Virus genome (UHGV): UHGV-0203503
DNA from: a virus
Direction: 5' to 3' (one strand)
DNA: 14,519 nt
In this document: positions 1 to 7,736 of the stretch, one piece after another
Layout: every line of letters starts with the position of its first letter
Numbering within the stretch: position 1 is the first letter of the stretch
The notes under the pieces: generated by a model
What the model was told of the DNA's origin: nothing
Databases searched by the model: none
Seen by the model: only the letters and a program-made list of their open reading frames with translations
Position numbers and translations under genes: made by a program

Positions 1-185
1 GTGTTGGGTGTGTTTGGCGGATTCTTCAGAAGTGTCGATTTGCGAAAAACATCAATGCCAATGTCGGTGGCGAGGCTTGTCAGTGCATCGAACTGATTTT
101 GTGTTGTCTCAGTAGTGATGTAAGGCGATATATCCACGGCATCGGTGATTCCAAGCGTTTCCATGCCGCGTTGCGATAGTTTCAT
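1..185 (-). CDS. Hypothetical protein, N-terminal 61 codons only (gene continues past the window start)
   Basis: ATG at 185-183 preceded by AGGAGG (complement of 190-195); frame open to window edge; translation MKLSQRGMETLGITDAVDISPYITTETTQNQFDALTSLATDIGIDVFRKSTLLKNPPNTPN. Not in ORF track because it is truncated. Divergent from the plus operon at 292. Confidence 0.4.
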   Translation of the reverse strand, partial: MKLSQRGMETLGITDAVDISPYITTETTQNQFDALTSLATDIGIDVFRKSTLLKNPPNTPN

Positions 186-229
186 TCTGCCTCCTGTTTA
201 AATAATGATTAATTCTATCACAACAGGTA

Positions 230-260
230 TTGACGTAGATTGAGTGGTGGTGCATAGTAT
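230..260 (+). promoter_or_regulatory. sigma70-like promoter P1 for the plus operon 292-2066
   Basis: -35 TTGACG 230-235, 17-nt spacer, -10 CATAGT 253-258 (or TAGTAT 255-260); ~30 nt leader to ATG 292. Carries an imperfect inverted repeat TTGACGTAGAT (230-240) / ATCTACATCAA (260-270). Confidence 0.4.
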
Positions 261-291
261 CTACATCAAGTGATGAGTGAGGAGAAATGAA

Positions 292-705
292 ATGGAAAAT
301 AAGCTGATTGGCAAGAATATCGTCGAAGTTAAAATTGCAGAAGATAAGCTGGCTATGCTTTTTGTTTGTGATAATGGCGAGGAACTTGTTGTTCGCGTTG
401 ATGCTGATTGCTGTTCGTATACATGGATTGAATCAGTTGAAATGCCTGCGCTAGGGTTTCCATTTACTATTATTGAGTGTGAGGATTTGGCAATGCCTGA
501 CTTGGGTGATATGCCAGGTTGTGATTACGTTCAATACTACGGAGCGAAAATCACAACCAACAAAGGTGACATGGTGATTGACTATCGCAATGATTCAAAC
601 GGATATTATGGCGGAGAAATCGTCTGGCCGGGTGAAGGTTTTTACGGCGGGGTGTTCGGACAAAACGAGTCCAACATGGACTGGAGAGATATTGAGGAAT
701 CGTAA
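292..705 (+). CDS. Hypothetical protein, 137 aa
   Basis: ORF-track frame 277-705 begins at GTG; first ATG at 292 with GGAG 281-284 at 7 nt spacing. No recognised motif. Confidence 0.5.
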   Translation: MENKLIGKNIVEVKIAEDKLAMLFVCDNGEELVVRVDADCCSYTWIESVEMPALGFPFTIIECEDLAMPDLGDMPGCDYVQYYGAKITTNKGDMVIDYRNDSNGYYGGEIVWPGEGFYGGVFGQNESNMDWRDIEES

Positions 706-707
706 TC

Positions 708-851
708 ATGGTAATAGTCAAATTCAAAGAAAACGGACGCTGCGGAGTGTTCAGCCTTGAGCAAATCAAAATCCGCCCGTGCGGTAAAGTGGTTGCGCCA
801 TTTGGTCTGGTGCAAATGCGTGAGTGCGAAACTGTTGAATATATTAAGTGA
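708..851 (+). CDS. Small hypothetical protein, 47 aa (below ORF-track cutoff)
   Basis: ATG 708 three nt after the upstream stop; GAGGAA 694-699 as RBS; fills the 706-856 gap between track ORFs; translation MVIVKFKENGRCGVFSLEQIKIRPCGKVVAPFGLVQMRECETVEYIK. Confidence 0.3.
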   Translation: MVIVKFKENGRCGVFSLEQIKIRPCGKVVAPFGLVQMRECETVEYIK

Positions 852-856
852 GGTTG

Positions 857-1150
857 ATGATGGAAGAATTTAAAGGCACGAGTGGAAAATGGGGGGTTGT
901 TGCTGGTGATGATAACGCACCTGATGTTATCTCTGATATTGGTGTTGAGGTTGCATTCACTCCAACATATAACGGTGATAAAGCAGAACAATGGCATAAC
1001 GCAAAATTAATCGCATCATCGCCAGAGTTGCTCTCAGCACTCCAGCAACTACTGGAAATCTACGACGACAACTCCGGCAAAGTCTGGACAACATCAAGCA
1101 AGCGTCGCGCTCTGGATAATGCGCGTGCAGCGGTTAACAAGGCGTTGTGA
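857..1150 (+). CDS. Hypothetical protein, ~97 aa
   Basis: Track ORF 848-1150 starts at GTG; in-frame ATGs at 857 and 860 follow GAGG 850-853; the upstream small ORF stop (849-851) overlaps. Confidence 0.45.
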   Translation: MMEEFKGTSGKWGVVAGDDNAPDVISDIGVEVAFTPTYNGDKAEQWHNAKLIASSPELLSALQQLLEIYDDNSGKVWTTSSKRRALDNARAAVNKAL

Positions 1151-1159
1151 GAAACAAAA

Positions 1160-1753
1160 ATGAAACTCATCGACCTGTTAGTTCAAGAATTACCTAAGCG
1201 TGGTGGGTGGCCTAATGGTGCAGTATGCGCAACACAAGATAAAGATGGAGAAGTTTACTTCTCTGAAGGCGAAACACCTGAATTTGGCTTGGTGGCCTGG
1301 CATGATGGAGACTGGTGCGGAAATGAGTTTCACACAATTACGGCCACCGATTACGACACTGCCATCATTACTCGCGCCCAGTACGAATCAGCACTCGCAG
1401 CATCGCAAAAGCCAGCATGGAACGGCGAAGGTCTGCCTCCAGTTGGGTGTGATTGTGAATGTCATGTCGATGAAGGAATAATTCATTGCGTTGTGGTTGG
1501 TTATGATTTTGATGGCAAAGCTGTTGTGATGCGCAATGTTCCAGTGCGCAAATACTTCTCAATTCAGGCTAACTCAGGGCGCATAAGACCACTACGCACA
1601 GAAAAAGAGCGCAAGCGTGATGAGGCAGCAGAAGCCATTGGCTTTTATATGCCGGAATTTATTACCGATACGCCAAATGAGTTTTACCACGCCAAAAAGA
1701 TTTACGACGCCATCGCAGCAGGCAAGATTCCCGGAGTGAAACTGGAGGATTAA
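1160..1753 (+). CDS. Hypothetical protein, 197 aa
   Basis: ATG 1160, 9 nt after the upstream stop; long ORF in operon context; no recognised motif. Confidence 0.5.
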   Translation: MKLIDLLVQELPKRGGWPNGAVCATQDKDGEVYFSEGETPEFGLVAWHDGDWCGNEFHTITATDYDTAIITRAQYESALAASQKPAWNGEGLPPVGCDCECHVDEGIIHCVVVGYDFDGKAVVMRNVPVRKYFSIQANSGRIRPLRTEKERKRDEAAEAIGFYMPEFITDTPNEFYHAKKIYDAIAAGKIPGVKLED

Positions 1754-1755
1754 TT

Positions 1756-1989
1756 ATGTTTCCTGAGAAAATAAATATTGCTATAACACACTGGCAGACC
1801 TCTGACGGCAATGTGTTTACTGACCAGTTCGCTGCAAAGATTCATCAGGCCGTTATTGATGGTGATGCGCGAATTTGCCTAGAATGTAATGGCACTGGAA
1901 TGGTTGACCCATATTGCGATGGGAGGACTGAGTTTCCATGCCAAGAGTGCACTGGTGGTTACCAATTTAAAAATGAAACGTGGAAATGA
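1756..1989 (+). CDS. Small Cys-rich (zinc-ribbon-like) protein, 77 aa
   Basis: GGAGG 1744-1748 seven nt before ATG 1756; Cys spacing ICLECNG...YCDG...FPCQECTGG (CxxC...C...CxxC) suggests a metal-binding ribbon. Confidence 0.5.
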   Translation: MFPEKINIAITHWQTSDGNVFTDQFAAKIHQAVIDGDARICLECNGTGMVDPYCDGRTEFPCQECTGGYQFKNETWK

Positions 1990-2066
1990 TTAAGACAATA
2001 TTCAGCGTCGTAGAGATATTGTGCTATGCGATAATAATATTCGTTCTGTGTATGCTCATAGGATAA
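1986..2066 (+). CDS. Possible 26-aa hydrophobic peptide, start overlapping the upstream stop (ATGA)
   Basis: ATG 1986-1988 overlaps TGA 1987-1989; translation MIKTIFSVVEILCYAIIIFVLCMLIG; ends 5 nt before terminator stem. Could be chance in AT-rich sequence. Confidence 0.2.
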   Translation: MIKTIFSVVEILCYAIIIFVLCMLIG

Positions 2067-2071
2067 AACCA

Positions 2072-2098
2072 AGCCCTCACTTAGAGGGCTTTTTGTTT
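2072..2098. terminator. Bidirectional intrinsic terminator between convergent transcription units
   Basis: Stem AGCCCTC (2072-2078) / GAGGGCT (2084-2090), 5-nt loop, TTTTTGTTT on the plus side; minus-side tail TTGGTTTTA. Overlaps the stop of the head-morphogenesis gene. Confidence 0.55.
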
Positions 2099-3027
2099 GC
2101 TGATTGCCATGCCTCTCGCTGCTTATCAAGTCTTTCCTGCGATGACTCAAGAATAACTGGCTTTCCATCCATTAGCAGTGTTGGTACTTGTGCGCAATGA
2201 CAATTCCTTCGGTTGGCAACTTCACTATAGAACGTGTCGATTTCTTCTGGCGTGTAAAACCTCCCGTGTCTCGCCGCGTGAGTATGGCGGGTCGTGCGCA
2301 TTAATGCCGATTGCCACAGCATTACCGTCTCAATACCTAACTCTTCGCGCGCTTCAATGACTTCTCTCCTGTTTGCCTGCCGCAGCGTTCCGGTGATTTC
2401 TGTTTGCGCCAACTGTTTTGCGTAACTGTGAGACACATCGATACGCTTAACGATGTCGGCTTCAACATCACGAGGATTAGCGCCTCGAGCAATGCCTTCC
2501 ATAATGACAGATGCCAGTTGCTGACGGGAATAATCACTCAATCCGCGCCAGTCTGAATATCCTTGCGTGTACGCTAGCTGGAGTCGATTCAGATAAGGCT
2601 CACTGTAGAGTATCGCGGCAATCGGCCTCTGCTCGGCATAAACCGGAGACAGGCTTGATAGCTCTGAGTTAGCCTTCTGCGTGCCAGCATGATGCGCATC
2701 ACCAATGAACACATTAGCCCACATCCTGCCGTGACCGAAGTCGTCACCTTCAAGCAGAATCTCGTCAATCAGCGCCTGCAACTCATCCATGAAAGTGGCA
2801 GCCCGCGCACTACTAAAATCGTAGAAATACAGACCGCTTGATTCTGCGTTGGTCTGGCTGCTCGGAATGGTGCGAAACAACTCAAGCGCACGAGTCCTGA
2901 GTTGTTTGTATTTGCGCGTTATCACCTTATCCATCTTCGACAGTCGCGTTGCAGCGCCTAACGGGTCGGTCAGGCTCTGCGATATGCGCGGTTGTGGCAA
3001 CCTTGCATTAAACCGGAGTATTTTCAT
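2077..3027 (-). CDS. Phage head morphogenesis / minor capsid protein (Mu F-like, SPP1 gp7 family), ~316 aa
   Basis: Lies immediately downstream of the portal gene on the same strand; C-terminal region ([18 protein letters not shown]...) resembles Mu-F-like proteins from memory. Start set at internal ATG 3027 (GGAAGA RBS) because the track ORF start 3111 lies inside the portal gene. Confidence 0.6.
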   Translation of the reverse strand: MKILRFNARLPQPRISQSLTDPLGAATRLSKMDKVITRKYKQLRTRALELFRTIPSSQTNAESSGLYFYDFSSARAATFMDELQALIDEILLEGDDFGHGRMWANVFIGDAHHAGTQKANSELSSLSPVYAEQRPIAAILYSEPYLNRLQLAYTQGYSDWRGLSDYSRQQLASVIMEGIARGANPRDVEADIVKRIDVSHSYAKQLAQTEITGTLRQANRREVIEAREELGIETVMLWQSALMRTTRHTHAARHGRFYTPEEIDTFYSEVANRRNCHCAQVPTLLMDGKPVILESSQERLDKQREAWQSANKKPSK

Positions 3028-4420
3028 TTTCGTCTTCCGGCGGCGTGTCTTCGCGATAATTTTCGTCCAGCTCAATCGGCTCCATACCCACCATGCCGCG
3101 AGCCTCATCAACAGTCAGCAATGCAGATTGACCAGCATCAAAGAACGACTTGTTCGCAGTTGCGAGCTTAGACAGCAATTCGGCCTTATCCAGCTCTGAT
3201 GGAGCCAGCAGGTCATCCCACTTAACCTTGTAGCCGTTTGCCGGGGCTTTATCGACAATGCCGAACTGAATCATGCGCTCAACGAACATTGAGATGACGT
3301 AATCAACCCATGTTTCGCGGCGCTGTTTTGCGGTCATCGCCTCCTGCATCTTGTCCTCGTCGCTCGCAAGGCGTCCGGTTTGCTGGCCAAAAATAACGGT
3401 GAACGGAAGTGCCATTGATGCGGCGAACTGGTTGGCAGCAACTTCCCATGTTGGTTTCGGGTCGGCTGGTGTCACAGCGAGAACTTTTGCATCCGCGCCC
3501 ATTGTGAACATGGCTGCGTCAATCCCGGAGTTCAGCGCATCAATGTTCTCATTCATGATGTCGGTAAGCTCTTCAATATCGACACCCATTGACTGAGCTA
3601 GGCTTGCTGGCGTTACGTTATCCTTCGTGTAGTTAACCGCCAGTTGGCGGCTAGCATTCTTCAGGAAGCCCTCTGCGGAGCTACCGGAAACCTTAGCCAT
3701 GTCGATAAGGCTGTTGTAGCCAGCACGCAGCATCGGGATGCCACTGAACATACTACCGTCAAAACTACCCTCAGCCAGAATGATGATGCGGTCTGGGTGA
3801 ATCTGTACGGAACGCTCAGGCTTGCCATTGCTGTCGAAATCTTCCACGGCGCTTTCCTGGTATTCGTACATCTCAGGCATACCGTAGTCTTCGCTGGTTT
3901 CGTCGTTATTCCACGCGCTGACGCGGAGCTGCTCCTCCCATACAGGAATAAAGCGAACGATGGATTTATCTTTAATGCGGCGGGTTTTGGTGATGTCTAC
4001 AGGCTCACTCCACTGCTTGCCGTCGCGGATTTGCAGGATAACGGCGGAATAGCGGTTGATGGCGTTGCGCTTGTCAGCCTCCTTGATGAACGGGTAGGCG
4101 CGCTTCATCATGCCGTTGATGGACAACTCCCACGACGTTGAGTTCTTATCATCCTCTCCATCTTCAACCACTTCAGGGTATTTCTGCCAGCATTTATTAA
4201 TAATGCGGTTAATACCAGCGGCGGCAGCTGGGTGTCGTTCATAGGCATAACGGAACATCTCAGCGGTAATTTCCTGCGGGTAGCCCAGCTCCTTCCACAT
4301 GAACTCACGCTTCTGGTCAAGATTCTTCCCGCCAGCACAAAGCCTCTGCTGCTGAATTGCCCGGTTATTGTTCGCTACGCGGTCGCGTATATAGGCGTTT
4401 AATGCATCAATTTTTGACAT
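3008..4420 (-). CDS. Phage portal protein, 470 aa
   Basis: 470-aa ORF between terminase large subunit and Mu-F-like gene in the conserved order; acidic C-terminus. Assignment is by position and size, not by a recognised motif. Confidence 0.6.
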   Translation of the reverse strand: MSKIDALNAYIRDRVANNNRAIQQQRLCAGGKNLDQKREFMWKELGYPQEITAEMFRYAYERHPAAAAGINRIINKCWQKYPEVVEDGEDDKNSTSWELSINGMMKRAYPFIKEADKRNAINRYSAVILQIRDGKQWSEPVDITKTRRIKDKSIVRFIPVWEEQLRVSAWNNDETSEDYGMPEMYEYQESAVEDFDSNGKPERSVQIHPDRIIILAEGSFDGSMFSGIPMLRAGYNSLIDMAKVSGSSAEGFLKNASRQLAVNYTKDNVTPASLAQSMGVDIEELTDIMNENIDALNSGIDAAMFTMGADAKVLAVTPADPKPTWEVAANQFAASMALPFTVIFGQQTGRLASDEDKMQEAMTAKQRRETWVDYVISMFVERMIQFGIVDKAPANGYKVKWDDLLAPSELDKAELLSKLATANKSFFDAGQSALLTVDEARGMVGMEPIELDENYREDTPPEDENENTPV

Positions 4421-4431
4421 ATGTCACCAAT

Positions 4432-4458
4432 AAAAAATCCCATCACGTTGGATGGGAT
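4432..4458 (-). terminator. Intrinsic terminator (minus strand) between the small-gene cassette and the portal gene
   Basis: Stem ATCCCATC (4437-4444) / GATGGGAT (4451-4458), 6-nt loop, followed on the minus strand by TTTTT (complement of A-run 4432-4436). Sits 11 nt upstream of the portal ATG. Confidence 0.5.
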
Positions 4459-4493
4459 TATAACACGAGCTTGCAGTGGCTATGGTTGATGGC

Positions 4494-4724
4494 TTATTCT
4501 CTCCGTGATGGTATTGCAATCATCGGTTGCGTTTGTCTTTGCATGATAGATAATAGCTCGCCCTTGTAATGTTCTGTAATTTCATTTTGCCCTTTCATGT
4601 AAATCAAGATGGCCTCCTGTTCGGTGACAATTCCTTGCTTAAACAAGGTTATTACTTTCCTTGCCATAGTATCGCAAAGAGATAATTCTTCAAGGTATTG
4701 AATCGGCGTTTCGCAGTTATCCAT
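4494..4724 (-). CDS. Hypothetical protein, 76 aa
   Basis: ATG 4724-4722 overlaps upstream stop (TGATG); track ORF 4494-4727 begins at GTG. Confidence 0.4.
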   Translation of the reverse strand: MDNCETPIQYLEELSLCDTMARKVITLFKQGIVTEQEAILIYMKGQNEITEHYKGELLSIMQRQTQPMIAIPSRRE

Positions 4725-4909
4725 CACTCCACCTTTTCCAGTTTATCAATAACAATATCGAACCCTTGGGATTGGAATATGGCGGCATTCTCGTTCGCCA
4801 TAAATACTTCGAAAGCATGAACTGCGTTTGACGCAGCTATCACCATAGACATTTTTGCGGCAACTTCACCACCACCAAGCACTTCAGCATGAATAAAATA
4901 AACGCTCAT
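4724..4909 (-). CDS. Hypothetical protein, 61 aa
   Basis: ATG 4909-4907 overlaps upstream stop (TGATG); translationally coupled chain. Confidence 0.4.
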   Translation of the reverse strand: MSVYFIHAEVLGGGEVAAKMSMVIAASNAVHAFEVFMANENAAIFQSQGFDIVIDKLEKVE

Positions 4910-5097
4910 CACTCAATCTCCTCACCATTAACCCAGCGTTGCAGGACTTCGATTAGCTGCGCGGCTTGCTGTTTGTCGATGCCAATAGAGTTAACATCAT
5001 CGCCTTCACGGAATGAAGTAAGCATAATGATAGGGTAATCACCAAAACTATGACTAACTTGCAGTTCATAGCAATTTTTTGTTTCACCAATAATCAT
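4909..5097 (-). CDS. Hypothetical protein, 62 aa
   Basis: ATG 5097-5095 preceded by GAGG at 7 nt spacing, inside the repeated element TTGAGGTGATGTGATG. Confidence 0.4.
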   Translation of the reverse strand: MIIGETKNCYELQVSHSFGDYPIIMLTSFREGDDVNSIGIDKQQAAQLIEVLQRWVNGEEIE

Positions 5098-5152
5098 CAC
5101 ATCACCTCAACAAAGTTCACCATCAGTTACCACCAACAACTTCTGCCATAAT

Positions 5153-5356
5153 TTATTTCTGAACATGATTAATCCACCATGCGGCAATTGCTGAGAAAAT
5201 CCACAAGCCGATAACAAGCCTGAAAACCTGCCAATTCAGTATGTCATCAATACTTGGCGCCTCCCATCTAATCAGCCAGATAAGCGGGAAAGCAAGCGCC
5301 AGTGCAATGGTGTACTTAATACCAATAAGAAGAAAATCTCTTAGGAAGCCTCTCAT
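5153..5356 (-). CDS. Small membrane protein, 67 aa, two predicted transmembrane helices
   Basis: Hydrophobic stretches IKYTIALALAFPLIWLI and VFRLVIGLWIFSAIAAWWI; ATG 5356 preceded by the same GAGGTGATGTG element. Confidence 0.45.
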   Translation of the reverse strand: MRGFLRDFLLIGIKYTIALALAFPLIWLIRWEAPSIDDILNWQVFRLVIGLWIFSAIAAWWINHVQK

Positions 5357-5365
5357 CACATCACC

Positions 5366-5560
5366 TCAACCAATCGGAAACCACTTATCAATGACATCAT
5401 GGAATTTTTGCATAACCTTTGCCTGCCAAAATTCAAGCCACTCAAATAAATTTCTTGCACCAGAAAAGAAAACCCACAATAACCACACAGGAACAAAAAA
5501 TGGCAGTAAAGCAATCCTTCCGATCTTGCTTCTGTTGCTCATCCTGCTTATCTTAAGCAT
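5366..5560 (-). CDS. Small membrane protein, 64 aa, one predicted transmembrane helix
   Basis: Hydrophobic stretch IALLPFFVPVWLLWVFF; ATG 5560 directly after upstream stop, preceded by GAGGGTGATGTG. Confidence 0.45.
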   Translation of the reverse strand: MLKISRMSNRSKIGRIALLPFFVPVWLLWVFFSGARNLFEWLEFWQAKVMQKFHDVIDKWFPIG

Positions 5561-5564
5561 CACA

Positions 5565-5771
5565 TCACCCTCTCAAAAAATCATTCTTGCAGCAGATACC
5601 CTTGTACCCGCGCTTCTCCTGCAGATTAACGAAAACATCATCCAGAACGCGCAGCAGGAAATCCTCGTCAATATCATACCGACGGCAAATCACCTCATCA
5701 GGTACACCAGCCCGCGCCAGTGAATAAACCTGCTCTTTTTCCTCCTGTGTGAATCCTGCATAGCTGCGCAT
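5565..5771 (-). CDS. Hypothetical protein, 68 aa (first gene of the minus cassette)
   Basis: ATG 5771 with GGAG at 8 nt spacing; ~24 nt downstream of predicted promoter P2b. Confidence 0.45.
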   Translation of the reverse strand: MRSYAGFTQEEKEQVYSLARAGVPDEVICRRYDIDEDFLLRVLDDVFVNLQEKRGYKGICCKNDFLRG

Positions 5772-5801
5772 AGTGATATCTCCGATAAGCCTGATGTAGA
5801 T

Positions 5802-5830
5802 ATACTATGCGCTCGGTGTAGATTGGTCAA
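5802..5830 (-). promoter_or_regulatory. sigma70-like promoter P2b for the minus six-gene cassette
   Basis: On the minus strand: -35 TTGACC (complement of 5825-5830), 17-nt spacer, -10 TAGTAT (complement of 5802-5807), then ATCTACATCA as in P1. Confidence 0.4.
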
Positions 5831-5868
5831 GTGTGGCGATGAGGATTTATCGACATTAACAGTAAATG

Positions 5869-5897
5869 TTGACGTAGATATGTTGGTGACGTAGAAT
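5869..5897 (+). promoter_or_regulatory. Near-consensus sigma70 promoter P2 for the plus two-gene cassette
   Basis: -35 TTGACG 5869-5874, exactly 17 nt spacer, -10 TAGAAT 5892-5897; divergent from P2b. Confidence 0.5.
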
Positions 5898-5930
5898 CAT
5901 CTTATCGAAAAGAGATTAAGGAACAAGAGA

Positions 5931-6086
5931 ATGTTTGAGACTAAAAAAGAATGCGAAGCGTATATTGCCGAAACTTATGGTGCTGACTACGTTAAATTTG
6001 GCATCGTTACCGCCCAGAAAGTCGGCCCAACAATCGCCAAGATGCTTGGTATTAAAGAAGGTTACTACCCATCAAATGCCTACTAA
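5931..6086 (+). CDS. Small hypothetical protein, 51 aa (below ORF-track cutoff)
   Basis: ATG 5931 preceded by AAGGAA (5918-5923); translation MFETKKECEAYIAETYGADYVKFGIVTAQKVGPTIAKMLGIKEGYYPSNAY; alternative reading to the TTG-initiated 117-aa track ORF. Confidence 0.4.
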   Translation: MFETKKECEAYIAETYGADYVKFGIVTAQKVGPTIAKMLGIKEGYYPSNAY

Positions 6087-6090
6087 TTAC

Positions 6091-6288
6091 ATGCCGAGAT
6101 GCCTTCGTGAAATACCGAAGGCAAAAGTGAAGCCAAGAAATCAAGCAATAAAAGAGGCAAAGATTGAGGCTTTCAATATTGCCATTTCGATAATAAAAGA
6201 GAGATGCAGAGATGAAAAGTCTGAACGCGTTAAATCAAACATGTATGCAGCTGTGAGTGATATATCAAGATTGAGAGATGAGCTTTAA
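6091..6288 (+). CDS. Small hypothetical protein, 65 aa
   Basis: ATG 6091 in the frame of track ORF 5935-6288; basic, helix-like sequence (MPRCLREIPKAKVKPRNQAIKEAKIEAF...); RBS weak, start uncertain (an in-frame ATG at 6076 is also possible). Confidence 0.3.
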   Translation: MPRCLREIPKAKVKPRNQAIKEAKIEAFNIAISIIKERCRDEKSERVKSNMYAAVSDISRLRDEL

Positions 6289-6317
6289 GCCCTCATTTGA
6301 GGGCTTTATTTTTATCG
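6288..6317 (+). terminator. Intrinsic terminator of the plus cassette, lying 7 nt from the terL stop
   Basis: Stem AGCCCTC (6288-6294) / GAGGGCT (6299-6305), loop ATTT, followed by TTATTTTTAT on plus; no T-tract on the minus side. Confidence 0.55.
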
Positions 6318-7736
6318 CCTGCGTCGGATTAGCATTCCGCTTCCGCGCTGGACGATGTGGTCATTTAGTGCGTAACGAACGGCATCCCAGAAGTGGTTAA
6401 ATGCATCGACAATATCAGTCAGCACATTCCCCGTCAGCTTATCGACCTTGTAGCTGTACATCGTTGCTTCATTCTGCATTTCCTTGCATCGCTCGTGGAT
6501 GATGATGCTGTCACATCCGCGCAGCCACGTGACGCCATCCTCAACGCTTCCCGGCCATTTAGTGCACGGGTGAATATCGAATCCAGAGCGCTTGATGTGA
6601 CTGATAGTCTCAGGTCGAGCGCAGTCTGCATACCATCGCGCGCGCTTAGCCATAGGGAATGATTGCTCCATCGCAGCTGGCGTATCGGTAATCTCAAGGC
6701 CAACCTTGCCATACTCTCGATTAATATAAATGTTGCGCCGTCCATCTGGTAATTCTTCGATATAAACCTCAACCATCGCGGTAGGATCGGTGGAAAACCC
6801 GAAGTCCATCCCGAAGTATGGGCCATGCCATTCAGGTTTGACTTCAAAGTCATCAACGCGCCATTTGCCACCGAATACCTGCTCGTCGCTTCGCTTGTTA
6901 AAGGCTCCCATCCAAATCCAGCGGTAACGGTCGTAATCAGTTCGTTTCATTTGCTCCATGGCGGATGGCAGCGGTGTATCCCAGAACCACGGGTTGTCTG
7001 AATAGTTACATTCGATAATCAGAATTTCATCATTTTCGAATATTCCATCAACCATCTGTGAGTGATAAGGAGCAATCCAGTTTTTCCATGTCGGGTCTGT
7101 TTCCTTGTTGGGGTTAAATGAGCACCACAGCTCGGAATTGGCGGCGCGGATGGTAGGCACGAGAATGTCCCAGCTTGTCTGGCTGACGTTCTCCGCTTCC
7201 TCTACCCAACCGACGGTAATGCCAGCAAAGCCCTTAACGGTTGTCTGATTGCGATACAACCCCTTAAAGCGAAACTTTGCTTTGGTCTTCTTGTGTGTTA
7301 TCTCGTTGTTGATAACGCGAAACTCAGCTGACTCGCCTTTGCGGGCTATCTCATCAACAAGCTCCTGATAGCTTGAGTCTTCAATGGATTGCTGAATCTC
7401 ACGGAAGCAGGCAAAGCGGTCGGGTCGAAACCTTGCGCGCTCAGTAAGGATGGTGATAATTGTTCTCGTTTTCCCTGACCCACGCCCACCATAGACAAAC
7501 TTGAAACGTTTGGGGTATAGCAGACGTTCCAGCTTTGCCGGAATGAGGTGGTCGGCATGAGTGGTTGCATTGGTCACATCATCAACGCCAGTAGCGGTCA
7601 TCCTTAACCGCTTGATGACGTTTTTCTGCATGTCGCAGATACCAAAGATAGCTGATTCTGCGACATCTGTCATTGCATCATCAATCTGCGCTTCCAGCTT
7701 TTCTATTGCCAGCGCGGAGAGGCGTTTACGAGCCAT
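6312..7736 (-). CDS. terL: Phage terminase large subunit, ~474 aa
   Basis: Walker A VYGGRGSGKT, Walker B-like ITVGWVEEAE, nuclease-domain-like GMDFGFSTDP. Start set at ATG 7736 (GGAG RBS, 11-nt overlap with the terS stop) rather than track start 7805. Confidence 0.88.
   Translation of the reverse strand: MARKRLSALAIEKLEAQIDDAMTDVAESAIFGICDMQKNVIKRLRMTATGVDDVTNATTHADHLIPAKLERLLYPKRFKFVYGGRGSGKTRTIITILTERARFRPDRFACFREIQQSIEDSSYQELVDEIARKGESAEFRVINNEITHKKTKAKFRFKGLYRNQTTVKGFAGITVGWVEEAENVSQTSWDILVPTIRAANSELWCSFNPNKETDPTWKNWIAPYHSQMVDGIFENDEILIIECNYSDNPWFWDTPLPSAMEQMKRTDYDRYRWIWMGAFNKRSDEQVFGGKWRVDDFEVKPEWHGPYFGMDFGFSTDPTAMVEVYIEELPDGRRNIYINREYGKVGLEITDTPAAMEQSFPMAKRARWYADCARPETISHIKRSGFDIHPCTKWPGSVEDGVTWLRGCDSIIIHERCKEMQNEATMYSYKVDKLTGNVLTDIVDAFNHFWDAVRYALNDHIVQRGSGMLIRRRR

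Noticed and set aside
551-997. 148-aa minus-strand ORF overlapping the plus operon
   Set aside because: Antisense to two well-supported plus-strand genes with RBSs; no RBS of its own; likely a shadow ORF.
1959-2168. 69-aa minus ORF overlapping the terminator at 2072-2098
   Set aside because: Spans the convergent terminator and the end of the plus operon; no start context; likely spurious.
3351-4141. Plus-strand ORFs 3351-3596 and 3644-4141 inside the portal gene
   Set aside because: Entirely antisense to the long portal ORF; no start context; shadow ORFs.
5153-5560. Holin/lysis cassette interpretation of the two small membrane proteins
   Set aside because: No endolysin or spanin-like gene is adjacent and the location between terL and portal is atypical for lysis genes; kept only as an untested possibility.
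5241-5723. 160-aa plus-strand ORF across the small-gene cassette
   Set aside because: Antisense to the coupled minus-strand genes that have RBSs and a promoter; low-complexity Leu/Ile-rich translation is the mirror of the membrane-protein codons.
5935-6288. Single 117-aa ORF (TTG start) spanning the plus cassette
   Set aside because: Begins at a non-ATG codon 4 nt inside a better ATG-initiated ORF (5931) with a proper RBS; reading it as two small genes fits the signals better, but this remains uncertain.
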